Assembly: GCA_964016885.1 (NCBI GenBank)
Contig: OZ024740.1
Location: 23,250,001 to 23,314,000 of the forward strand
Direction of reading: 5' to 3'
Length of the DNA: 64,000 bases
DNA from: Eledone cirrhosa
Lineage: Eukaryota
Made by a program: the position numbers and the translations under genes
In this document: positions 46,831-61,200 of the stretch, piece after piece
Layout: the number at the start of each line of letters is the position of its first letter
Position numbering within the stretch: position 1 is the first letter of the stretch
The notes under the pieces: generated by a model
Told to the model about the DNA's origin: nothing
Database searches by the model: none
Seen by the model: only the letters and a program-made list of their open reading frames with translations

Positions 46831-47427
46831 TCCACTGTAATCATACATACACACATTAAACTCATAACTACGGCCGTCATTCATATATATATACACTAAA
46901 TAGATCACTAGATAACATATACTGTGCATTCGTTAATAGTTTAATAGTTTAATAGTTAGTCGCGAAAATACAGGTACAACATGACGGCACACTCCCCATT
47001 ACACCAGTGAAACCTCTGGGACAGAACTACTGAGTCAGTAAATATATTTTTGTTTAGCCTAACATCCGTGCTGGCTGAGTATACCTATGATTACAGGAGT
47101 TCCAGCCGTTGTTATGTTGTCGTTTTGTGTCACATTGGCTATATTTTCCAATATATTCGCCCGATGCTAGATAAAAACCTCTCTCTTAAGCACATGGTAC
47201 CATCGTTACTATGTGGATATAGTATGTAGCTTTTGTAAGGTTCAGCGCCAGAACAACTCGGGTGTAGAAAATATTTGATCATATTAGAGTTAAGAGGGAT
47301 ATATAATGTGATCATGTCTGATATACAACAGCGGTTGTGTTATGTAAGAGTTTCATTTTTTCATTTTGTATACAGGTCGGGTAATTGCATAGATGGCCCT
47401 TCGTTGTTTTGTAGTTATATGTGTGTA

Positions 47428-47459
<32 letters not shown>

Positions 47460-47462
<3 letters not shown>

Positions 47463-47925
47463 AGTAAAATTAGTACAAATGTGAGATGTACTAATTTTAC
47501 TGGATGTGAGATGTACTAATTTTACTGGATTCCTGTTGATATCACAGAAGATTTGGATATTTCACTTTTCATTTCAATTCCATTTCGATTCTCTTTATTT
47601 TTTCAATTCACGTACCACCGTTGCGAAACGGATTTGGGTTTCGAGGTTCAAATTCGTCTACGGAACAGTTTGGATTTTGAAATTTAAATCTGTCCAGGAA
47701 TCATGGCCGTTGCAAATATAAGCTTGTCTTTATTGACTTATATCGAGACAGACAAATTGTATTCATTTTAATTAGTTTATTTCATTAATGGCTAACTTTG
47801 TCTGTTACAATGCAAACACGTTTCGTGTTTATCATATATTTTAATGTATTTAACTGCTCGGAAATCCCCCTTTCCTGGAGCTTAATTATTGTAAACGACT
47901 GAGAGTTTATTCTCAAAATATAATA
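47460..47925 (+). mobile_element. Element in (TA)n with short inverted 5' end, related to 11464-11830
   Basis: tccagtaaaattagtaca inverted against a duplicated tgtactaattttactgga; shared atcgagacag and gctcggaaa blocks. Confidence 0.55.
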
Positions 47926-47927
47926 TA

Positions 47928-48225
<298 letters not shown>

Positions 48226-48272
48226 TATATATATATATATGTATATGTGCGTATATACACACATATATAGAG

Positions 48273-48807
<535 letters not shown>

Positions 48808-49131
48808 ATATATATACATACGTACACACAGAAGGTAATATCTATTAAAACCTCCTCAATTTGCTTCCACATGTCCTCAACCGAGATTGTGACGTTTATT
48901 TGAGCCTCATTCTCTCTCTATATACGTCTGTACGTCTGTATGTATATAAAGAAATGTGTATACATATGAATGTTTTTATATATATACACCAATAGATGAC
49001 AGTGACAAACACGATGGGGAGAAGGTTTAACAATGACGTCACCTTTCCACTCTTCCTGTCAACACTAAACAATATACATACATACATACATACATACATA
49101 CATACATACATACATACATACATACATACAC

Positions 49132-49222
<91 letters not shown>

Positions 49223-49332
49223 TAAATAGATAGATACGTACATACATTAACACACACTCATCACACACACACACCACACACACCACACTCACCAGACACC
49301 ACACTCACCACAACACCCACCATTCACACCAC

Positions 49333-49452
<120 letters not shown>

Positions 49453-49573
49453 TATGAGGATGGCAGCTGATAATAAGGAGTATTCAATGCTGAAGTAGAG
49501 TGTAAATATTCATGAAATTATGGTAAAATTGTGAGTCTTGTAATCTGGAGTATCTACGTAATAAAATAAATAC

Positions 49574-49694
<121 letters not shown>

Positions 49695-50207
49695 CGAGTG
49701 TGTGTAGGTGTATATGTGAAAGTGTGCATTTGCTTATACACAGCACACATTGTATGTATGTTTGTATGTGAGAATGTGTCTATATTTGTGTAAAATACTT
49801 ATTTTCCTAGGTATTTGAAGGTTACTGGTCTGTAAGAATACATAGTAAAATATCCTGCAAGAAATTCCATCGAAGCTTAACAAATTCCACATTGATTCTT
49901 TTTGTAGAATTCATTCTAGAGAGAGAAAGAAATTCCCCCTTTGCCAAAGATAGAACTACGAGATCAAAAAAGACTTTGAAAAACGGTTTCATTGTGACTC
50001 ATTTCACGTAGAATTTTGCAACAAGAATCACCTGAAAATTCTCTGGCAATTACGCCTGGAAAATTTGTCACGAAAACTGATTAAAGATGTGAAAGAATTT
50101 ATTTAAATAGAAATGCAAATACATAACAACGACAAAAAGGATGGCGGTTTGATATATTCTAAAAACGTTACAGCACGAACATAAATCAAGAGTACGTATA
50201 TATATAC

Positions 50208-50242
<35 letters not shown>

Positions 50243-50264
50243 CATATATATATACATACGTACG

Positions 50265-50319
<55 letters not shown>

Positions 50320-50320
50320 G

Positions 50321-50358
<38 letters not shown>

Positions 50359-50647
50359 AATATGTATATATATATACATATGCATGTATATATAGAGTTA
50401 TGTAGAAAAATGGTGTGATGGGGTAAAAAAATTTCAAGATATGATTGATTGATTATTCAAGGTTAGTGTGTCTGTATGTGTATGTATGTGTATGTATGTG
50501 CATGTATGTGTATGTATGTGTATGCGTTCATGTATGCCTGTGTGTATCTGCACATGTGTGTGTAATGTATGTAATTGTGGGTCTATATAATTTATATATA
50601 TATATATATATACAACAATGAGCAAAACACAAAAATACATACATACA

Positions 50648-50745
<98 letters not shown>

Positions 50746-50863
50746 CACAATTATTCGTTTCTCTTTCTCACTTTCTCTGTCTAACTGTCTGTTTATCTGT
50801 CTCCCACAGTCTCTCCCTCCCCTCCCACTCTCTCTCATATATATATATATGTTTGTGTATATA

Positions 50864-50904
<41 letters not shown>

Positions 50905-51083
50905 ATATATATATATATGTGTGTGTATATATATATATGTATATATGAATATTCGTTTATGTTAAAATCTAGGCATATGTATTCATGTATATATCCAGAA
51001 TTTTAATTGTATAACCAGAGAGCCGAAATTTTGTGAGGAACAAACATAAATAAACATAAAAACATACACACGCATGTACGTAC

Positions 51084-51128
<45 letters not shown>

Positions 51129-51151
51129 GAGATATAGATATATACACGTAG

Positions 51152-51183
<32 letters not shown>

Positions 51184-51265
51184 ATATATATGTATATAAT
51201 GTATATATATATAGATATGTATATATATATATATATGTATATATATGTATATATATATAGATATG

Positions 51266-51296
<31 letters not shown>

Positions 51297-51309
51297 GTAT
51301 ATATATATG

Positions 51310-51364
<55 letters not shown>

Positions 51365-51396
51365 GTGTATACATAAATATATATATATATATATAC

Positions 51397-51435
<39 letters not shown>

Positions 51436-51442
51436 TATATGC

Positions 51443-51499
<57 letters not shown>

Positions 51500-51543
51500 T
51501 ATATATATATACACAGACACACACACACACACATATATATATA

Positions 51544-51593
<50 letters not shown>

Positions 51594-51640
51594 CACACAA
51601 ACACATATATATATAAATACAGACTCAAACACACACTCAG

Positions 51641-51803
<163 letters not shown>

Positions 51804-52222
51804 TATATATATATACTTGCATAAACATATACATCTACATATGTAGGTATGCAGGGAAATACGCTACACGCGAAAGTTAGATTGTATATGACGTTAATTC
51901 CTCTAAGCTGTAAGAAGTAAGTTTTCCGAATTTGTCCAATGAAACGAAAAGCGTAGTGTAACTGGGAAACAAGGAAACTTTTATAACCTGACAAGACAAT
52001 AACACCAACACATTAAATGCATTGATATGTTACAATGAAACAAATCAGAAGCAAACAAATAAAAATAAAAATAAACAGAAACATCTAATAGAAAGAAGTA
52101 GTCATTTTTTTTCTATTTTCTCGATGGATGGATTGAGTAAAGATGGCGGACAAGAATATTGGGAATGAAGCGGGAAATATAATGATAAAATCTACATGTA
52201 TATATATGAGAATGAATATATG

Positions 52223-52273
<51 letters not shown>

Positions 52274-52337
52274 GTATGTATATGTATATGTATATGTATA
52301 TATATGTATATGTATATATGTATATATATACATATAT

Positions 52338-52368
<31 letters not shown>

Positions 52369-52371
52369 GTA

Positions 52372-52418
<47 letters not shown>

Positions 52419-52578
52419 TTATATATATATATATATATATACATACATATATATATATGTATATGTATCTATTTATTTTTAAATATATATATCTATTTAT
52501 TCATATATACATATACACATACATATATATGTATATGTATATATGTATATATATATATATATTTATTTATACACGGAC

Positions 52579-52679
<101 letters not shown>

Positions 52680-52874
52680 TGGATACGTAATTATAAAAAT
52701 GTTGTATATGTAAATGTATATGTGTGTGAGTGTGAGCGAAGAAGATATCTTGCTTATATGTTTGTGTTTGAAAAGCTATTACGAGTATACATACAAACGT
52801 GTATATACACTTATGCGCCTATATGGATAAACATATATGTATATATATGCATACACACATATATATATTTATAA

Positions 52875-52951
<77 letters not shown>

Positions 52952-52969
52952 CGTGTTCTATGCTTGTAT

Positions 52970-53577
<608 letters not shown>

Positions 53578-54084
53578 CACTTCACCAAAATCTCATCCAA
53601 GCGAATACCTCGACGTCATCCATATGTCATTTGTGTTAAGGGAAATTTGAAATTATTTTCCAGGATTTTCTTGTTATTATTGTTGTCTGATAGCTTAGTT
53701 GTTTGTGTAGTGGGTCTTTATTGTTGTAGCCTACTTGTTTTTTGTTGTTTTAGAATTTTTCTTGTTCTTTTTGTTGATATTGTCGGTAACGGCGTTGTTG
53801 TTTTTCTAGATCTTATACCATTTTTTTCTTTTTGTTGGCTGACGTGTTTTATATTCTTAATTTTCGTTTTGTTGTTGATATTGTAGTTGTTGTTGTTCTT
53901 ATTGTTGTATTTATATAGCAGTGACGTTGATGGTATAATCATTATTATTGTTGTTGTTTTCATTGTTGATGGCGGCAGTGGTATAGCTATTATTTATATT
54001 TTCATTGTTATTATTTTTGTTATTGGTATGTCTTCTAGCGCTCACTGTCCATAGCCAATCGAGTAATACGATCGGTGGAAATTC

Positions 54085-54950
54085 CACCTTGGCCATCTAT
54101 AGAGGAGTAGTTGAGGGGGTAGAGCGACGACGTACTTCGGGAAACTAAGGCGTTGGCGAAAATCAACTAATCATTCTTTTCCAGAGAACCTTTGTCCAGG
54201 AGTCATGGACAACTCCCAGAAATCCTTGGTCTGGCAGTGCTACCGAGGAGATTTGCCAGTTCGATTATAATCTCTACAGGCAGGGAGGTGCAGTCAGCTG
54301 GGTCTGCCCGAGGTGGGCGCATGGTAACGAAACTGTTCTGCATGCACTCATCGAGTGTCCGAGTATTGCTGACCTGTGGGTTTATGTCGTGCACCTGCTG
54401 TCACGTGTAGTAGGGATCCAACTACCAACTGAGTCGATTGTGAAGATCGCCCCACCCTCTTCCTTTAGAGAAGAAAGACAAGCGATTTTTATCTGCTTAG
54501 TGGCCATGGTGAAAGAGGTCGTGTGCTGAACGCGTTTGAAAGGATTGAAAACCGCCACATTTCTCTCCGCTGAAGCCCATATTAAATTTGTTCAGGTTTC
54601 ACTTGAAGGGAAAAATCAGGGCGAAGAGGGAAGTGCTGTCTTCCAACCAGTTTGTTGAAAGATGGGTGGGAGTGGTGAGCATGAGCCGTGTGAATGGACC
54701 TGCTTTCACAATACCCCTATTAATTGGAGAAGTACAATAGGAAGATGGCACTTTGCCCTAACGGACGGGGTGACCAGGACTTTTTGTGGGATTTCTCCAC
54801 GAGTGAACCATGGAATCTCTTCACCTCTGGGGAATTTGTTATATTTGTTTTTTAAATGTCTATTTTCTTAGTCTCTGTTATAAATGTTATCCCCCCTCCA
54901 CCCAAAAAAGCTACACTGTATCGTCCTGTACCGTCTTTAATGTTCCCCAA
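54085..54950 (+). mobile_element. Older 3' fragment of Tx1/L1-clade LINE
   Basis: MDNSQKSLVWQCYRGDLPV, VAMVKEVV; homologous to 21780-22600. Confidence 0.8.
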
Positions 54951-55042
54951 TGTCAGCCATTTTCAATCGACATTCTTTTCTCCAAAAATTGTTGGCCTCC
55001 CGCCTAAATCAGAAACCATTATCTTTATTATCATAATTATTA

Positions 55043-55257
55043 GGGCGGTGGGTTGGTAGTATCGGTAAAGTATCGGATACCCTGCTTCGTGGCAACGAGT
55101 TACGTGCCTTTACGGTCTGAGTTCAAACACCGCCAGGTTAACTTTGCCTTTCATAATTACGGGGTCGATAAAATAAAGTACCAGTCACGAACTGGGGTCG
55201 ATTTAATCCAGTTTCCCTTTCCCAAAAATTGCTGGCCTTGTGTCTATATAAGAAACC
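55043..55257 (+). mobile_element. SINE copy within a head-to-tail SINE cluster
   Basis: gagttcaaac B box and central domain; SINE tail precedes it (~54980-55018) and a SINE head follows (55276). Confidence 0.85.
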
Positions 55258-55284
55258 ATTATTATCATAATTATTAGGGCGGTC

Positions 55285-58200
55285 GGTTGTCACTATTGGT
55301 AGTGTGTCGGATAAGAGTGTGTCAGTTGTCAGTATTGGTAGTGTGTCGGATAATAGTGTGTCAGTTGTCAGTATTGGTAGTGTGTCGGATAAGAGTGTGT
55401 CAGTTGTCAGTATTGGTAGTGTGTCGCATAATAGTGTGTCAGTTGTCAGTATTGGTAGTGTGTCAGATAAGAGTGTGTCAGTTGTCAGTATTGGTAGTGT
55501 GTCGGATAATAGTGTGTCGGTTGTCAGTATTGGTAGTGTGTCGGATAATAGTGTGTCGGTTGTCAGTATTGGTAGTGTGTCGGATAATAGTGTGTCGGTT
55601 GTCAGTATTGGTAGTGTGTCGGATAATAGTGTGTCAGTTGTCAGTATTGGTAGTGTGTCGGATAATAGTGTGTGAGTTGTCAGTATTGGTAGTGTGTCGG
55701 ATAATAGTGTGTCGGTTGTCAGTATTGGTAGTGTGTCAGTTGTCAGCATTGGTAGTGTGTCGGATAATAGTGTGTCAGTTGTCAGTATTGGTAGTGTGTC
55801 GGATAATAGTGTGTCAGTTGTCAGTATTGGTAGTGTGTCGGATAATAGTGTGTCGGTTGTCAGTATTGGTAGTGTGTCGGATAATAGTGTGTCGGTTGTC
55901 AGTATTGGTAGTGTGTCGGTTGGCAGCATTGGTAGTGTGTCGGATAATAGTGTGTCGGATAATAGTGTGTCAGTTGTCAGTATTGGTAGTGTGTCGGATA
56001 ATAGTGTGTCAGTTGTCAGTATTGGTAGTGTGTCGGATAATAGTGTGTCAGTTGTCAGTATTGGTAGTGTGTCGGATAATAGTGTGTCAGTTGTCAGTAT
56101 TGGTAGTGTGTCGGATAATAGTGTGTCGGTTGTCAGTATTGGTAGTGTGTCGGTTGTCAGAATTGGTAGTGTGTCGGATAATAGTGTGTCGGTTGTCAGT
56201 ATTGGTAGTGTGTCGGATAATAGTGTGTCAGTTGTCAGTATTGGTAGTGTGTCGGATAATAGTGTGTCGGTTGTCAGTATTGGTAGTGTGTCGGTTGTCA
56301 GTATTAGTAGTGTGTCGGATAATAGTGTGTCGGTTGTCAGTATTGGTAGTGTGTCGGATAATAGTGTGTCGGTTGTCAGTATTGGTAGTGTGTCGGATAA
56401 TAGTGTGTCAGTTGTCAGTATTGGTAGTGTGTCAGTTGTCAGTATTGGTAGTGTGTCGGATAATAGTGTGTCGGTTGTCAGTATTGGTAGTGTGTCGGAT
56501 AAGAGTGTGTCAGTTGTCAGTATTGGTAGTGTGTCGGATAATAGTGTGTCAGTTGTCAGTATTGGTAGTGTGTCGGATAAGAGTGTGTCAGTTGTCAGTA
56601 TTGGTAGTGTGTCGCATAATAGTGTGTCAGTTGTCAGTATTGGTAGTGTGTCAGATAAGAGTGTCAGTTGTCAGTATTGGTAGTGTGTCGGATAATAGTG
56701 TGTCGGTTGTCAGTATTGGTAGTGTGTAGGATAATAGTGTGTCGGTTGTCAGTATTGGTAGTGTGTCGGATAATAGTGTGTCGGTTGTCAGTATTGGTAG
56801 TGTGTCGGATAATAGTGTGTCAGTTGTCAGTATTGGTAGTGTGTCGGATAATAGTGTGTGAGTTGTCAGTATTGGTAGTGTGTCGGATAATAGTGTGTCG
56901 GTTGTCAGTATTGGTAGTGTGTCAGTTGTCAGCATTGGTAGTGTGTCGGATAAGAGTGTGTCAGTTGTCAGTATTGGTAGTGTGTCGGATAATAGTGTGT
57001 CAGTCGTCAGTATTGGTAGTGTGTCGGATAAGAGTGTGTCAGTTGTCAGTATTGGTAGTGTGTCGCATAATAGTGTGTCAGTTGTCAGTATTGGTAGTGT
57101 GTCAGATAAGAGTGTGTCAGTTGTCAGTATTGGTAGTGTGTCGGATAATAGTGTGTCGGTTGTCAGTATTGGTAGTGTGTCGGATAATAGTGTGTCGGTT
57201 GTCAGTATTGGTAGTGTGTCGGATAATAGTGTGTCGGTTGTCAGTATTGGTAGTGTGTCGGATAATAGTGTGTCAGTTGTCAGTATTGGTAGTGTGTCGG
57301 ATAATAGTGTGTGAGTTGTCAGTATTGGTAGTGTGTCGGATAATAGTGTGTCGGTTGTCAGTATTGGTAGTGTGTCAGTTGTCAGCATTGGTAGTGTGTC
57401 GGATAATAGTGTGTCGGTTGTCAGTATTGGTAGTGTGTCGGATAATAGTGTGTCGGTTGTCAGTATTGGTAGTGTGTCGGATAATAGTGTGTCAGTTGTC
57501 AGTATTGGTAGTGTGTCGGATAATAGTGTGTCAGTTGTCAGTATTGGTAGTGTGTCGGATAATAGTGTGTCGGTTGTCAGTATTGGTAGTGTGTCGGATA
57601 ATAGTGTGTCGGTTGTCAGTATTGGTAGTGTGTCGGATAATAGTGTGTCGGTTATCAGTATTGGTAGTGTGTCGGATAATAGTGTGTCGGTTGTCAGTAT
57701 TGGTAGTGTGTCGGATAATAGTGTGTCGGTTGTCAGTATTGGTAGTGTGTCGGATAATAGTGTGTCAGTTATCAGTATTGGTAGTGTGTCGGATAATAGT
57801 GTGTCGGTTGGCAGTATTGGTAGTGTGTCGGATAATAGTGTGTCGGTTGTCAGTATTGGTAGTGTGTCGGATAATAGTGTGTCGGTTGTCAGTATTGGTA
57901 GTGTGTCGGATAATAGTGTGTCAGTTGTCAGTATTGGTAGTGTGTCGGATAATAGTGTGTCAGTTGTCAGTATTGGTAGTGTGTCGGATAATAGTGTGTC
58001 GGTTGTCAGTATTGGTAGTGTGTCGGATAATAGTGTGTCGGTTGTCAGTATTGGTAGTGTGTCGGATAATAGTGTGTCGGTTGTCAGTATTGGTAGTGTG
58101 TCGGATAATAGTGTGTCGGTTGTCAGTATTGGTAGTGTGTCGGATAATAGTGTGTCAGTTGTCATTATTGGTAGTGTGTCGGATAATAGTGTGTCGGTTG

Positions 58201-61200
58201 TCAGTATTGGTACTGTGTCGGATAATAGTGTGTCGGTTGTCAGTATTGGTAGTGTGTCGGATAATAGTGTGTCGGTTGTCAGTATTGGTAGTGTGTCGGA
58301 TAATAGTGTGTCGGTTGTCAGTATTGGTACTGTGTCGGATAATAGTGTGTCAGTTGTCAGTATTGGTAGTGTGTCGGATAATAGTGTGTCAGTTGTCAGT
58401 ATTGGTAGTGTGTCGGATAATTGTGTGTCGCTTGTCAGTATTGGTAGTGTGTCGGATAATAGTGTGTCGGTTGTCAGTATTGGTAGTGTGTCGGATAATA
58501 GTGTGTCGGTTATCAGTATTGGTAGTGTGTCGGATAATAGTGTGTCGGTTGTCAGTATTGGTAATGTGTCGGATAATAGTGTGTCGGTTGTCAGTATTGG
58601 TAGTGTTTCGGATAATAGTGTGTCAGTTGTCAGTATTGGTAGTGTGTCGGATAATAGTGTGTCAGTTGTCAGTATTGGTAGTGTGTCGGATAATAGTGTG
58701 TCGGTGGTCAGTATTGGTAGTGTGTCGGATAATAGTGTGTCGGTTGTCAGTATTGGTAGTGTGTCGGTTATCAGTATTGGTAGTGTGTCGGATAATAGTG
58801 TGTCGGTTGTCAGTATTGGTAGTGTGTCGGATAATAGTGTGTCGGTTGTCAGTATTGGTAGTGTGTCGGATAATAGTGTGTCAGTTATCAGTATTGGTAG
58901 TGTGTCAGATAAGAGTGTGTCAGTTGTGAGTATTGGTAGTGTGTCGGATAATAGTGTGTCGGTTATCAGTATTGGTAGTGTGTCGGATAATAGTGTGTCG
59001 GTTGTCAGTATTGGTAGTGTGTCGGATAATAGTGTGTCAGTTGTCAGTATTGGTAATGTGTCGGATAATAGTGTGTCGGTTGTCAGTATTGGGAGTGTGT
59101 CGGATAATAGTGTGTCGGTTGTCAGTATTGGTAGTGTGTCGGATAATAGTGTGTCAGTTATCAGTATTGGTAGTGTGCCGGATAATAGTGTGTCGGTTGG
59201 CAGTATTGGTAGTGTGTCGGATAATAGTGTGTCAGTTGTCAGTATTGGTAGTGTGTCGGATAATAGTGTGTCGGTTGTCAGTATTGGTAGTGTGTCGCAT
59301 AATAGTGTGTCAGTTGTCAGTATTGGTAGTGTGTCGGATAATAGTGTGTCAGTTGTCAGTATTGGTAGTGTGTCAGATAAGAGTGTGTCAGTTGTCAGTA
59401 TTGGTAGTGTGTCGGATAATAGTGTGTTGGTTGTCAGTATTGGTAGTGTGTCGGAAAATAGTGTGTCAGATGTCAGTATTGGTAGTGTGTCGGATAATAG
59501 TGTGTCGGTTGTCAGTATTGGTAGTGTGTCGGATAATAGTGTGTCGGTTGTCAGTATTCGTAGTGTGTCGGATAATAGTGTGTCGGTTGTCAGTATTGGT
59601 AGTGTGTAGGTTGTCAGTATTGGTAGTGTGTCGGATAATAGTGTGTCGGTTGTCAGTATTGGTAGTGTGTCGGATAATAGTGTGTCGGTTGTCAGTATTG
59701 GTAGTGTGTCGGATAATAGTGTGTCAGTTGTCAGTATTGGTAGTGTGTCGGATAATAGTGTGTCAGTTGTCAGTATTGGTAGTGTGTCGGATAATAGTGT
59801 GTCAGTTGTCAGTATTGGTAGTGTGTCGGATAATAGTGTGTCAGTTGTCAGTATTGGTAGTGTGTCGGATAATAGTGTGTCAGTTGTCAGTATTGGTAGT
59901 GTGTCGGATAATAGTGTGTCGGTTGTCAGTATTGGTAGTGTGTCGGTTGTCAGTATTGGTAGTGTGTAGGTTGTCAGTATTGGTAGTGTGTCGGATAATA
60001 GTGTGTCGGTTGTCAGTATTGGTAGTGTGTCGGATAATAGTGTGTCAGTTGTCAGTATTGGTAGTGTGTCGGATAATAGTGTGCCAGTTGGCAGTATTGG
60101 TAGTGTGTCGGATAATAGTGTGTCGGTTGTCAGAATTGGTAGTGTGTCGGATAATAGTGTGTCGGTTGTCAGTATTGGTAGTGTGTCGGATAATAGTGTG
60201 TCGGTTGTCAGTATTGGTAGTGTGTCGGATAATAGTGTGTCGGTTGTCAGTATTGGTAGTGTGTCGGTTGTCAGTATTGGTAGTGTGTCAGATAATAGTG
60301 TGTCGGATAATAGTGTGTCGGTTGTCAGTATTGGTAGTGTGTCGGATAATAGTGTGTCGGTTGTCAGTATTGGTAGTGTGTCGGTTGGCAGTATTGGTAG
60401 TGTGTCAGATAATAGTGTGTCGGATGATAGTGTGTCGGTTGTCAGTATTGGTAGTGTGTCGGATAATAGTGTGTCGGATAATAGTGTGTCGGTTGTCAGT
60501 ATTGGTAGTGTGTCGGATAATAGTGTGTCGGTTGTCAGTATTGATAGTGTGTCGGATAATAGTGTGTCAGTTGTCAGTACTGGTAGTGTGTCGGATAATA
60601 GTGTGTCGGTTGTCAGTATTGGTAGTGTGTCGGATAATAGTGTGTCGGTTGTCAGTATTGGTAGTGTGTCGGATAATAGTGTGTCGGTTGTCAGTATTGG
60701 TAGTGTGTCGGATAATAGTGTGTCAGTTGTCAGTATTGGTAGTGTGTCGGATAATAGTGTGTCAGTTGTCAGTATTGTTAGTGTGTCGGATAATTGTGTG
60801 TCGGTTGTCAGTATTGGTAGTGTGTCGGATAATTGTGTGTTGGTTGTCAGTATTGGTAGTGTGTCGGATAATAGTGTGTCGGTTGTCAGTATTGGTAGTG
60901 TGTCGGTTGTCAGTATTGGTAGTGTGTCGGTTGTCAGTATTGGTAGTGTGTCGGATAATAGTGTGTCGGTTGTCAGTGTTGGTAGTGTGTCGGATAATAG
61001 TGTGTCGGTTGTCAGTATCGGTAGTGTATCGGATAATAGTGTGTCGGTTGTCAGTATTGGTAGTGTGTCGGATAATAGTGTGTCGGTTGTCAGTATTGGT
61101 AGTGTGTCGGATAATAGTGTGTCAGTTGTCAGTATTGGTAGTGTGTCGGATAATAGTGTGTGAGTTGTCAGTATTGGTAGTGTGTCGGATAATAGTGTGT

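Noticed and set aside
49880-50060. Possible signal-peptide first exon (MKPFFKVFFDLVVLSLAKG, minus strand)
   Set aside because: No convincing phase-0 donor; cannot be linked to the 46460 exon without transcripts
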